Shown here: in pieces, positions 11,894-23,275 of the stretch
How the letters are laid out: each line of letters starts with the position of its first letter
How positions within the stretch are numbered: position 1 is the first letter of the stretch
Assembly: GCA_026936335.1 (NCBI GenBank)
Contig: JAPMXV010000060.1
Location: forward strand, 248,001-312,000
Origin: Mantamonas sphyraenae STR306
Lineage: Eukaryota; Protista; CRuMs
Reading direction: 5' to 3'
DNA length: 64,000 nucleotides
The notes under the pieces: generated by a model
Databases searched by the model: none
What the model saw: only the letters and a program-made list of their open reading frames with translations
What the model was told of the DNA's origin: nothing
Program-made: the position numbers and the translations under genes

Positions 11894-14434
11894 ATGCCGC
11901 TGACAAAGAACCTGGCTGGTGTGTTTGTGGCATGCCTGCTGCTCAACGGCTTGAGTGTGTTGGCCCAGACCACGAGTGCGTTTGGGGATGACGACGCGGC
12001 GCCTCTGATGGCGCTGGTGGAGGAGGCGAGCCGATCGGATGGGAGCTACGACGGGTCTGTGGAGGCGACGCATCACGCGGTGCGTGTCCTTCAGCTTCTG
12101 GGCAAGGACGTGGACGGCGCAAGCAAGGCGTGCGACTACATCCATGCGGCCAAGGCGGCCAGCGTGGGTGAGCTCTACCATCTGGTGGCAGCGTCGAGTG
12201 CCCTGGGCTGTGTGCGCGAGCTGACGGCGTCGCAGGTGACGCTGCTGGAGGGCGCGGTGAACGATGCCACGCAGGTGCAGGACATGTACTACGCAGTGGA
12301 GATCCTCAGCACCCTGGTGCCCTCCTCCAAGCTGGGCGCCTTTGACGTCTCTTCGGCCAACGCCCTTACGGGCAAGGTGAGTGTGCACGGGCTCGCAGGC
12401 CGGCGCCCGCATGCGCGACGAGGCGACACGTGGCTGGCGCTCACACCACACAAACCCCTCGACCTTGTTTTTTCCCGCCCCGCATCGACGCACTCCACAC
12501 ACAGATCATGGCTCTGTACAACGATGAGGACGGCACCTTCCGCAGCTCCGAGGACAGCGAGGATGCAGCCCCCATGAACGCCGCCTATGCGCTGAACGCC
12601 CTGGCTGCCCTCAAGGCAACGTGAGTCGTAATTGCCGCTTTTCCCCTCTCCTGCGCCTGCAGGCGCCATGGCCACGCGTGTGGCGCAAGCGACGCCGCAT
12701 GCAGGCACAACCACGTGTCAAGTAGGCCCTTATGCGAGTTTGCACATGATCATGTCCCTGTGTGGACGAGCAGACCGCCGCGAAAAGTGGACGACGTGCG
12801 ACACGGCCAACTGACACACCTCTGCGCGCGGGCCTCACGCACACGCACACACCCACAGCCTGGCCGACTCGGTGCAACTGGATGAGGCCGACAACGAGCA
12901 GATTGTCGGTGTGGGCGACAAGATCGAGAGCTTCCTGGAGACGGCAGAGGGAGAGGATCTGTTGTCCTTTTCCGATAACGCCAACTCGCTCAAGGCCACA
13001 TCCATGATTGTGTCCGGCATTGTGCGCCTGAGCAAGGCACTGGGCACTCCTCTTCAGATCAGCGGGGTAAGCTATGGTGGCGGTTTGCGGGGGAAGGGGG
13101 AGAGGAGGGAGAGGGGAGGAGGGTTGTTGCCCACGGAGGCTCACACACACACACACACACACACACTGACTGCGCCACAGGAGCAAATGGCCAAGTTTGC
13201 AGAGTACCTGGTGGAGAACAAGAACGTGGGTACGCTGGAGAACGCTCACTACGTGCTGGAGGGCCTGAACGCGTGCGCGACCAACCATCTGCACGTGCCG
13301 CTCGTGGCCGTGGTGACGCAGGGGAGCGTGCTGACGGCAGGCAGCAAGGGCGATGCGGGCCTGATCAAGGTGCGCGTGACAGACGTGATGGGCAAGGCCG
13401 TCTCGGGCGCCTCGGTGTCTCTGAACAAGGCGTTTGCGTCGGAGAAGGAGGACGCGCAGCTGATGGGCAACCAGAAGCTGTCCGCTGACGCCAACGGCGA
13501 CGCGGCACTGAACTTTATTGGAGCCAAGCCTGCGCCGGGATACTACACGATCGACCTGCGCATCGAGCCGGCTGGCGACGACGCACGATACGAGGAGGTG
13601 GAGAGCACGCAGCGCATCGTCAAGGTGGTGACATCTGCAGCCATGCACAGCTTCGAAATGATTGCATCCGACTCGGCCAACGAGCTGGAGGGAGCCAACC
13701 GACGCGTGTACACTGCGTCGCACCCGGGTATGGTGGGCGACGAGGTGCAGGTGGACGAGTCGCAGTTTCTGCACTTCAACTTCCGCGTGCGCAACACGCA
13801 GACCAACAAGATGATGGATTCGCTGCATCAGACCTTTGTGCGTTTCACTAACGACAAGACGGGCAAGGAGGTGCTGTTCCACGCACGCGTGCAGGGCAGG
13901 AAGTTCAAGCGCTCCGTGTCGATCAAGGAGGAGAGCGAGGCGTTCACCACCGGCACATACACCGTGTCTGTGCTCGTGGGCGACATGTTTGTGAAGAACG
14001 CCATCACTTGGCCCGTGGCCAAGGTGGCCATCAACGTTGCCGACCCTGTCCTGGACGACGCCGTCGACGAAGAGACCATCTACGAGCCCCGACCGGTGAT
14101 TGAGCACGTGTATCGCACGCCCGACTCGCGCCCGCCCGAAATGGTGTCGTTTGCCTTTACGGCTCTGGTCCTGTCGCCGCTGCTGCTGCTGTTTGTGCGA
14201 CTGGGACAGGTCGGTGCCAACATCAATGGCATGCCCAAGGGTGTCAAGGGCATGTACGCCTTGGGCTTTGTGGCATCCATTGCTGCCATCATGGTGCTGT
14301 ACGCCACCTACTGGCTCATGCTCAACATGTTCCAGTGCCTGACGATCCTCGGTGTCATCTCTGTGCCCACCTACTTCCTTGGCTGGCTCACCCTCAGCGC
14401 CCTCAACGAGGAGCGCCAGAAGCGCGGCGACTGA
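11894..14434 (+). CDS. RPN2: Oligosaccharyltransferase subunit ribophorin II (RPN2/Swp1)
   Basis: Signal peptide, HQTFVRF motif, YEPRPVIEHVYRTPDSRPPEMVSFAFTALVLSP and three C-terminal TM helices. Introns at ~12377-12504, 12621-12858 and 13067-13180. Confidence 0.9.
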
Positions 14435-14648
14435 TCGGCTGATCGGCTTTCCCGAGCCGCTCCCAGATCACACAGAGATCAGAAGAGGCACACGGAAATG
14501 GGTGGGTGAGTGGGTGGGTGTGGGAGAAGTGGATGTTGAAGAAGAGAAGAAAGGTTTGAATTGTCGAATTGGCTCAGCTCGAGTGGGATTCCAGGGTTGG
14601 GTTGGGAGTGTGGGATGCACAGTGTCAACCAACTGTTGTTGGTTGTGG

Positions 14649-15524
14649 TCAGTCGTCCAGGTCGTCCAGGAAGGAACCCTTGGAAGCCTTGGCGGCCTTC
14701 TTCTTGCTGATGAGGGCACCGAGATTGGCGAGGTCGCCGAGACCCGAGTCGTCGCTGGATTTTGTGGAGACAGAGGCAAAGAGGTCATCATCGACGGCTG
14801 TGGCAGAGGAGCCGCCGAAAAGGGAGTCTTCATCGTCGTCGACGTCGTCAAAGAGGGAAGACTTTTTGATCTGTGTTTTGCGTGTGGACTGGTTTGCACT
14901 GGCCTCCTGCGACTGGACAAGCTCCTCTGCACTGCTGATGTCATCCTCCTCCAGCAGAATGCTGTCCTTCTTGATGCGCATGGGCCGAGACACCTTCTTG
15001 CGGGACGTCTTGCCAAAGAGGTCCTTTTCGGTGTCCCTGACTCGCTTGTCCTTGCTCGCCACCTTGAGCAGCTTGGAGTCGGCGTCAAGGGCGTCCAGAA
15101 AATCGTCCTCATCCTCAGCCTCGTCGTCGCCATTGTCCAAATTGTCAAACAGAGACTGCTTCTTGACTACGGGACCCTTGTGCGCATCATCATCCTCGGC
15201 CGCAGCGTCGTCTTCTCCCGACAGTTGTGCCTCCAGGGCGTCTTCGTCCTCGGATTGGACCCCGCCAAAGATGTCGTCGTCATCATCGTCATCATCGTCG
15301 CCTTTGTCCTCTGCATTGCTGGCTTCTGTGCTTGTTTCATCAGCGACTGGCTCTGGCTCGGGCTCGGGTTCAGAGCTGGCCTCAAACTCGGCTTCGAGCT
15401 CGGCCCGCGCCTGCTCAGCCTCCTCTTGCACCTTGCGCAGGCGTTCGCGCTCCTGTTCCGCGACCCATTCCGGGTCTGGATTGCCGAGCGGATCATACTG
15501 CACTTTCTGGCCTCGGAGCGACAT
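14649..15524 (-). CDS. Acidic disordered protein with repeated (S/D)LF(D/G) motifs (FAM21-tail/HS1BP3-tail-like)
   Basis: 291-aa ATG-started ORF with DDIFGG, QSLFDN, KDLFGK, SSLFDDVDDDEDSLFGG and DDLFAS. Confidence 0.7.
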   Translation of the reverse strand: MSLRGQKVQYDPLGNPDPEWVAEQERERLRKVQEEAEQARAELEAEFEASSEPEPEPEPVADETSTEASNAEDKGDDDDDDDDDIFGGVQSEDEDALEAQLSGEDDAAAEDDDAHKGPVVKKQSLFDNLDNGDDEAEDEDDFLDALDADSKLLKVASKDKRVRDTEKDLFGKTSRKKVSRPMRIKKDSILLEEDDISSAEELVQSQEASANQSTRKTQIKKSSLFDDVDDDEDSLFGGSSATAVDDDLFASVSTKSSDDSGLGDLANLGALISKKKAAKASKGSFLDDLDD

Positions 15525-15588
15525 TGCAACGCAGCAAGGGGAGACGGGTTGTGTGCGCTTGCGGCGGCGCCGGCAAGGATTCTCGTCG

Positions 15589-16348
15589 ATGAGCTACGCG
15601 GCAGGACCCAAGTTCTGGGACAGGCGATACCGCAACGACAGGGAGCCGTTTGAATGGTACATGAGCTACCACGACGGCCTGAAGGAGGAGCTGAGGCCGC
15701 AGCTGGAGAACTTTGAGTCACCAGCGATTCTGTACGTGGGTTGCGGAACGAGCGACCTGGTCAGCGACTTGTACAAGGACGGATTCAAGATTGTGACTGC
15801 CATCGACCAAAGCAAAGTAGCCATTGAGTTGCAGAAAAAGGCGAGCTCCGAGCTGCAGGGGGTCGAGTGTACGTGGAAGAGAAGCCGAAGGCTGGGCGAC
15901 CCGAGTTGGAGGGAACGAGGCTTTGCTCTGACACTGTGCGTTTGGACGCGGGGGGCGTATTGGACGAACCACACACACACACACACACACATACACACAT
16001 ACGCATACACGCACAGTTCACGTGATGGACGCATTCGAGATGCCCGAGCTGGGCGACCACTCGTTTGACGTAGTCCTGGAAAAGGCCACGGTGGACAGCG
16101 TGCTCACAGGCGATGGGTCGTTCAAAAAGGTGGAGACACTGCTGAGCGAAGTGTCACGCGTACTCACCGAATCGGGGGTCTTTATTTCTGTGAGTTTCGG
16201 GACACCAGACACGCGTTTGGAGCACCTGGAGAAGAAGGCGTTTGGCTGGCAGGTGAGCACACGCAAGATCGTCCTGGAGACGGTGGGCGAGGAGCCCGAA
16301 CCGGTCGAGTACTATGTGTATGTGTGTCAACGACAGAGCAATGCATGA
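15589..16348 (+). CDS. Class I SAM-dependent methyltransferase, EEF1AKMT4/ECE2/METTL13-N-like
   Basis: FWDRRY...PFEWY, ILYVGCGTSDL, SFDVVLEKATVDSV and EVSRVLTESGVFISVSFG. One intron at 15869-16016 joins the two ORF-track pieces in frame. Confidence 0.9.
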
Positions 16349-16385
16349 GAACTGAGAGGAGGATGAGCATGCACTACTTTCGTGC

Positions 16386-17903
16386 TCACTTGTTGTCGTA
16401 GCGAACTTCCAGGTTGCGTCCACCGTAGTCCTTGTTGTCCAGGACGCGGATGGCCTCGTCGGCGTCGCTGCGGGAGGCCACCTTGACAATGCCCCAGCCC
16501 TTGCTCTTGCCATCGTCACGGTACATGACGTCAGCGTGGAGCACCTTGACCACTGCGTTGAAGAGATCCTTGAGATCCTTCCAGTCAGCCTCCCAGGGCA
16601 GGTTGCCCACGTAGAGAGACACCTCACCATGAGAGTAAGAGCCGCCGTCGTTGCTGCGCGAGTTGCTGCTGCTGCGCGGGCCCGAGGGAACGCGGTTGTT
16701 GTTGTTGTTGTTGTTGTTGTAGTTGTTGTTGCCACCCCTGTTGCTGTTGTAGTTGCTGTTGCTGTTGCTGTTGCTGCTCTTGCTGTTGTAGTTTCCGCTG
16801 TTGCTGCTCTTGCTGTTTCCGCCCGAGCCACCTGCACGCACGTAGTTTTTGTCCTCCCAATCCTGGCGCACCTGGATGGGACGGCCCTGCAGCTCGCTGT
16901 CATGCAGCGACTCGATGGCCTCGTACGCGTCCTCAAAGTTGGTGTACTCGACAATACTGTGGTTGGTGCATGTGCATGTGCATGTGTCGTGTGCCGTGTG
17001 TGTGTGTAACAACCCCACCCCCCCAAAAAAGGCTCCTGGTCAGCACTTCCACCCCCATCCATCCACAGCCTCCACCACCCACGGCCATGACCACCGCGAC
17101 ACACACACACTGTCAAAGGTTCAACGTGTCCGCTTCCCCCCTTTCCAGTGGAGGACCAAGGGGTGTGTGCCATCATGTCCTCCGTCCCAATCCACCCACC
17201 ACCACTCCTCCTCTCCTCCATTCAACGCACGCTGCTCCCGAGCTCAGGCCATCACGGCGTGTGAGCGGTTTGACAAAGGCAACCTCGCCAGCCTGGCGCA
17301 TGTGATCCTTGAGATCCTGCCTGTGTGTGCATGTGTGCGTGTGTGTGTGTGGGAGGGGGGTTGCAGACGGCGTGTGAGTGTGGCGCCAAAAACGCGCCCA
17401 GGCTGAGGTTGAGATCACAGCGCTCAACGCACCACGAGGCGCGGTACGGCAGGTTGCCGACGTAGATGCGGTTGCTGACCAGGACACCGTTGACGTAGCC
17501 AACCGTGTCATTGTTTTCCTCATCGTCGCTCCAGTTGCTGTTGTTGCGACGGCTCTGTGGGCGGGAGAGAGGGTCAGAGCGCATTGGGACGCGCGCGCTG
17601 TGTCAGATCAGCCTCCGTGGGAGCCCGAGGCGACGGCGCTGCCGTCTGCAAAAGGGGCAGCAGAGCTGGATGGACGTGGCGCACATCCAATGGGCGCCTG
17701 TGCATGGCAAAGCGTACGTTGTAGGGACGGCTGTCGTTGCCACCGCCGCGGTTGTTGTTGAAGCTGCGCTTGGCCTTGCCACCGCCGCTTCCGCCCTGGG
17801 AGCGGCCGTACTTGCGCGTGCTGGTGCGCGTGTCGCCATCGGTGGCAATCACGTCGTCCAGCGAGCTGTTCAGCTTCTTGTTCAGGCTTTCGTCACGCGA
17901 CAT
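16386..17903 (-). CDS. Two-RRM RNA-binding protein, Gbp2/Hrb1/hnRNP-M family
   Basis: [26 protein letters not shown] and LYVGNLPWEADWKDLKDLF...GKSKGWGIV. Exons 17903-17718, 17554-17433, 17320-17231 and 16956-16386 splice in frame. Confidence 0.9.
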
Positions 17904-17974
17904 GCTGAGAAAAGAAATGAGGTGGTGGCGCCCCACGCGCTGCCGTGGGCAAAACTTTTTGCTCCTGCCCTGTC

Positions 17975-20445
17975 ATGCAAGTGCCCGACTACAGCGAGAC
18001 GCAGCCTCTCAATGACTCGGACGACTCGTCAGAGGACATGGAGCCGTACCGTGGGCTGAAGGCAAACACGGCAAGTTCGGGCAACGAGAATCCGCACATT
18101 GGCAACTTGGGTGGACGCGTGAGCTCGCGCCTCCATGCGTCTGCGTCCATGTTCCAGAACCTGGACCTGTTTTTCACCCGAGTGTACGACTATTACCAAA
18201 AGAACGGTTATTACAACGCCGTGCTGGCTGGTTGCCTGCACATTGTGTACGTTTTAGCCCCCGAGTGCGGGGCACAGGGTGCATGCGAGCGTGTGCATGG
18301 ATGTGGGCGGTCTGTGTCGGAGAGAGTGTGCAAAAGATGCGTTGGTGGGCATGCGCAGCCTTGAGAAGCGCGGAGCGTTGGAAGAGAGGGCCGGGAAGAT
18401 GGAGCAATTCCGCTGACGCCGTTTGGCGTTTGTTTTTTCTGCCGTTTCCCGCTACACAGCAACTTGGCGTTCATTATTGGCTTCACGACGTTTCTCATTG
18501 GCTTTGTGGACTACCCCGTACTGTTCAAGACGTACGACTTGGCCAAGGCCATGCACCAGAACGAGGTGGCCGACGTGCACCCCGTCGTGGTCGTCTTTCT
18601 CGTGGTGTTCATCGTCTGGTGGCTTGCGCAGCTGGTCACCTTTCTGCGCGACGTGCGCAGCTACGGCGAACTGTACACGTACTTTAACGACGACCTGAAG
18701 ATCGAAGAGGTAAGGGACACAGAGCGAGGGTGGGTGGCCCGTAGGAGCTGCACGCTGGCAAAGCAGGGCCGGGAAGCGGGATTTTTCCGGAAGTTGGCCA
18801 TTTTCACTGACACTCGGTTTTGCCACCGTGCACGCCACAGAAAATGCTCCAAACCATGAAGTGGTCCGAGGTTGTGGATCACATCATCGAGTTTCACAAC
18901 AACAACTCTGTGATTCGGTTCCAGATCGACGAGCTGGGTGAGTTTTGTCCGCACAGTGCGACGAGATGGGAGTGCGGGTGGCTGAGAAACAAAGCCACAG
19001 AGGGGCACACACACACACACACACTCACACACGCACACTCTACAGCCATTGCCAACTACATCATGCGCAAGGACAACTACATGATTGCTCTGTTCAACCA
19101 GGGGGTCGTGCAGTTGGAGACGTCGCTGCTGCCGTTCCTGAACAACGACACGCTGCTGACGCAGGGTCTGAACTGGAACCTGCAAACGTGTCTGCTGAAC
19201 AACTTTTTCGCCAACAATGCGCCGATGGAGGACCTGCTTGCGGTGGGGCGGCGCGCAGAGATGGTGGAGTCGCTGCAGCGATCGTTCCGCCTGTGGGGCA
19301 TCATCAACATGCTGCTGGCACCCTTTGTGCTCCTGTTCCTCGTTGTCTACTTTTTCTTCCGCTACACGCAGGAGTTTTACAAGAACCCGAAGAAGCTGGG
19401 CATGCGCGAGTGGACCCTGTTTACCAAGTGGCGCTTCCGCGAGTACAACGAGCTGCCGCACGTGTTTGAGCGGCGCATGCAGCAATCGTACGAGCCTGCA
19501 GAACGGTACCTGGTGTACTTCCCGGTGAGCATGTTGACGACGTGTGCGCGCTTTGTGTCGTTTGTGAGCGGAGCGTTTGCGGCGGTGCTGCTGTGCCTGT
19601 CCATCATGGACGAACACCTGCTGTTGCGCATGGAGATTGGCGGCAAGGCAACGGTGTGGTGGATCGGTGTGTTGGGCACGGTGTTTGCTGTGTCGCGTTC
19701 GTACATCCCAGAGGAAAACAGGGTGTACGACCCGAACAACCTCATGCGGCAGGTGTCACGCACAGTGCGCTACATTCCGGACCGCTGGCGCCACAAGGCC
19801 CACCTGTACACAACACGCGACGAGTTTACAAACATGTTCCGCTTCAAGATTGTGGGCTTCGTGCACGAGCTGATGAGCGTGATCTACACGCCTGTGCTGC
19901 TGCTGTTTGTGCTGCCGAACCACGCGCAGGCGATGGTGGAGTGCATCCAGGCGGTGTCGTACTCGCGACGTGGGCAGGAACCCATCTGCGAGTATGCCAC
20001 CTTCAACTTTAAAAGCTTTGGTGACGAGCGCTGGGGTGGGCCCGAGGGAGAGCACGGCCACCTGAAGAGCAGGCACGGCAAGATCGAAAAGAGTTTCCTG
20101 AATTTCAAGGCCAACCACCCGCGGTGGAAGCCGAGCGAGAAGCTGGGCCAGGTGCAGCTGTTGAAGACGCTGCGGGAGCACCAGCAGGTGTACATTGAGC
20201 AGCAGCAGCAGCGGCTGGAGTCGATCGACCTGACAGCAAGCGTGTTTGCGCCGATTGTGGACAACTTCCAGGTGGAGGCGTCCGCGCGCAGCTTCCGTCT
20301 GTCCGACAGTGTGGGCAGCCAGGGCTTTGCTGGTGAAGTGGGCAGCCAGGAGGTGCACGCGTATGACGTCCTGGACAGCTTTTACGAGGCCAGCTCGAGC
20401 TCACGCAACAAGGGCAAGGAGAAGCGAAGGATGGAGAGTGTGTGA
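17975..20445 (+). CDS. ATG9: Autophagy lipid scramblase ATG9
   Basis: NLDLFFTRVYDYYQKNG, IANYIMRKDNYMIALFN, KWRFREYNELPHVFERR and GKIEKSFLNFKANHPRW. Introns at 18247-18459, 18710-18840 and 18938-19045. Confidence 0.95.
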
Positions 20446-20511
20446 TTGTCATGCGTGTGTGTTGAATGAAAGGGAATGCAGGCAAACCAAAAAAGAAAAA
20501 GAAAGAAGAGA

Positions 20512-20797
20512 GTTCGATTCAGCGACGTCACGATTGCCTGTGCGACCAGCTTGTGTAAGCGAGCATGGCGCACACGATCATCCACAACCTGCGGCATATT
20601 TCGGCATCCTCCCAGACACGCCTTATGAGGGCGCGTTGAGCTTTTTGCAAAGAAATGGAGCCAACTACCGAGGTTTTTTCGTCCCGCTCCGGCAACCGGA
20701 CCATGGTTCATCGTCATCGAAAAGTTTGTTCGTCAGCTATGATTGACAAAGCTGAAAGTGTTGTTACTTCAGAAATGATCCTATGAAGTTGGTCAAC
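20512..20797 (-). ncRNA. U3: U3 snoRNA (~285 nt)
   Basis: Reverse complement begins GTTGACCAACTTCATAGGATCATTTCTG (GAC box, A' and A boxes; close to yeast GTCGACGTACTTCATAGGATCATTTCT). It then has C'-like GATGACGA, B-like GAGCGGGA, C-like GGATGATCG, D box CTGA, and a terminal stem TTCGAT/ATCGAA. Confidence 0.9.
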
Positions 20798-20853
20798 GCC
20801 GTCTCGGGACAAGGGGCCATCGGAAAAACATCGGACGAGGAGAAACGCTGCGC

Positions 20854-20863
20854 ACTTGCGACC
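20854..20863 (-). promoter_or_regulatory. Candidate snRNA-gene proximal sequence element GGTCGCAAGT (U3)
   Basis: The identical 10-mer lies at about -66..-57 of U3 and -68..-59 of U1. Confidence 0.55.
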
Positions 20864-21200
20864 GGGGCGAAAATGCAGGGCAGTTGCGATTCTTCGCACG
20901 GGGCGACATTCGCACAGCTCCGAACGGACACACAGCGAGGAAAGGAACCAGAATGGCGTCTGCTGAGAAGAGCACGACATGGTGTGCAGTGGCTTGCATG
21001 GAAGAAGAGTGGAAAAGAGTGGGCCAATCTGCACACGGCAATGGTGGATGGGAGGGATGAAACGAGATGGAGACAAAGAGGAGAATGGGGAGTGGGAGTG
21101 GGGAAAGTGGGATGCAAACGATGCATGTGAAAGATGAGGGTGCGGGAGGGGTGGGAGGTGGGTGTGCGGTTGTGCGCCCAACACAACACAGCAACAAATC

Positions 21201-22060
21201 ATGGTCAAGAAAGGTATGAGGATGTGTAGAGGTGTACAGAGAGAAGGAGAGTGAGGGTGTGCATGGGAGGAGAGATAGGGAAATGTGTGTGGAAGAGGCA
21301 TGGGCGTGCAGGGACGGTGGCAAGTGGCGGGAGGCCCCGGAGAGGAGATTGGGCCAACGGCGTTTTCGGGCGGCAGGGGTGGGCAGAAGGGTCGGATGTG
21401 GACGGAAGGGGATGGAGGAGATGTGGAGGAGACGGGCACAGAGGGGAAGGTGGACGGGAGGTGTATAGCGTGTACAGTGTGGGCTGTGGAGGGGCTCAGA
21501 GCGCATGCTGGAAAAAATGCATGCGAGGCGGGCGAGGGTGTTGGCGGCGGCGGAACGGGGGGAGGAGGGAGCGAGAGAAATGGAAGTGGACAGGAGAAGA
21601 CGGAAGAAGAAGGGGAGCATGGGCTGACACACCACACGTTTGGACACACACAGCCATCAGCGCAGCAAACGCCCAGGCGCGCGGCACGAAGAAGAGCCTG
21701 CGCAAAATGCACAAGTCGACGACGTTCCACCGTCCCAAGACTCTGCGTCTGCGCCGTACTCCGCGCTACCTGCGCAGCATCGCCAAGGTGGTGCCCAAGT
21801 TTGACGAGTACCAGATCATCCAGTACCCGGTGACGACTGAGGACGCTCTGCAGAAGATGGAGGCGACCAACACGCTGACGTTCATTGTGGACCTGCGCTC
21901 GAACAAGAACAACATCAAGGAGGCGATGTGGAAGCTGTACGAGGTCAAGTGCGCCAAGGTGAACACCCTGATCCGCCCGGACGGCCGCAAGAAGGCATTC
22001 GTGAAGCTGGCTGGCGACTACGACGCGCTGGAGGTTGCTGGCAACATTGGCGTGCTTTAA
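21201..22060 (+). CDS. RPL23A: 60S ribosomal protein L23a (uL23), copy 1
   Basis: Exon 1 ATGGTCAAGAAAG, intron 21214-21653, then STTFHRPKTLRL...NTLTFIVD...KVNTLIRPDGRKKAFVKL. Confidence 0.97.
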
Positions 22061-22180
22061 ATGGCCAAATGTTGTGGGCAGGAATGTACACACTCATTGA
22101 AGGGGACCAGTCTGTGTTTGCAAGTTGATTGAGCGAGGGAAGAGGGTGTGTTTCTTCGCGGTGGAATTGGTTGCACACGT

Positions 22181-23275
22181 TCACTGGCGGTTCTGGCCTG
22201 CACGCTGGGCTTCCATCTGCATGCGTTGGAGCTGAGAGGAAGCAAGGAGAAGGGAGCGGGAGGGTGAGCTGTTGCTGCGAGTGGGCAAGCCAGCGACGAG
22301 ACGGGCGTGGACGTACCTTTTCCTGGCTGCGCTTGGACGAAGCACGCATGGTTTCCATGCGCTCCTCGATGGCCTCGCTAATGGAAGTGGATGGGGTGTC
22401 ACCGGTGTGTACGGCTGTGTCAGCTTTGTGTGTGGATGGCTGGGTCGCAAGGACAGGGTGCGGCAAAGGACGTACATCTGGCCGTCAATGTGCGACAGGC
22501 GCTTATTCACATTGTTGCGTGCCTCGTCCAGATCCTGCGGCACCAACACTGGTCCCACAAGCTTGAAAACCTCGTCTTCATCCTCCAGTCCCGTCAGTTC
22601 CTGAGAGAGAGTGTGTGTGTTGCCAAACCCGCCGCCGTGTCAGTGACCACGTGTATGTGTGGCTCCAAGGGCCGGTGTGCGCATAGGCGGTCGCACAACA
22701 GCCGTGTGGTATCCGTCCAGCTGACAAAGGGGAGCGGAGCAACCGCGTTGAGGCCTGTTGCCTCCAGCGGTTGGCGGTTGATCAACCCGCGTCCTCCTTC
22801 ACCCGCTTCACCGACACACGCCATTGCCGTTCACGCATGCACACACACACAAACACACACATGTCTATGGACGCACGTGTGACAGCAAACACGGTGTGTG
22901 GTGGCCGTCTACTGAGCCAACAGTGTCCACTTTGTGAACGGCGGCCGTTTCCCGCCCACCTTCACGCCAGCCTTCAGCCTCCCCCTTCTGCATCTCCGCT
23001 TTCTACCACACACACACACACACACCGCGCCTCCAATGCAACGGCACACAACCACTGGCGCATTCACATACATCAAGAACCAGCTGGGTCTCGTTCTTGG
23101 ACGCAATCAGCGTTTGCAGATTCTGACGCTGAGTCTCGAGATCTGCGCGGCGGGTTGGCTGGCTGTGTCAGTGCTGGATGGGATTGAGGGTGCAGAGGAG
23201 CGGAGGGAGGACACACGCACCTCGCTCCAACTTCTGGAAGACTTCCACTTCGGCACGGAATGCTTGTTCGCCCAT
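22181..23275 (-). CDS. PFDN6: Prefoldin subunit 6, copy 1
   Basis: Five exons give MGEQAFRAEVEVFQKLERDL...KNETQLVLDELTGLEDEDEVFKLVGPVLVPQDLDEARNNVNKRLSHI. Confidence 0.92.

Noticed and set aside
12621-12858. Hairpins in RPN2 intron 2 (GCCTGCA/TGCAGGC, CGTGTC/GACACG) as an H/ACA RNA
   Set aside because: No valid ANANNA hinge; such stems are expected by chance at this GC content.
21214-21653. RPL23A intron as a C/D snoRNA host, as in vertebrates
   Set aside because: Purine-rich sequence without a properly spaced RTGATGA/CTGA pair or terminal stem; the CTGA near the 3' end is better explained as the branch point.
21251-21653. Long N-terminal extensions of RPL23A, CDC48, ABAT, RAB3GAP2 and WASHC5 in the ORF track
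   Set aside because: They arise from GTG/TTG starts reading through introns; spliced models give normal N-termini.
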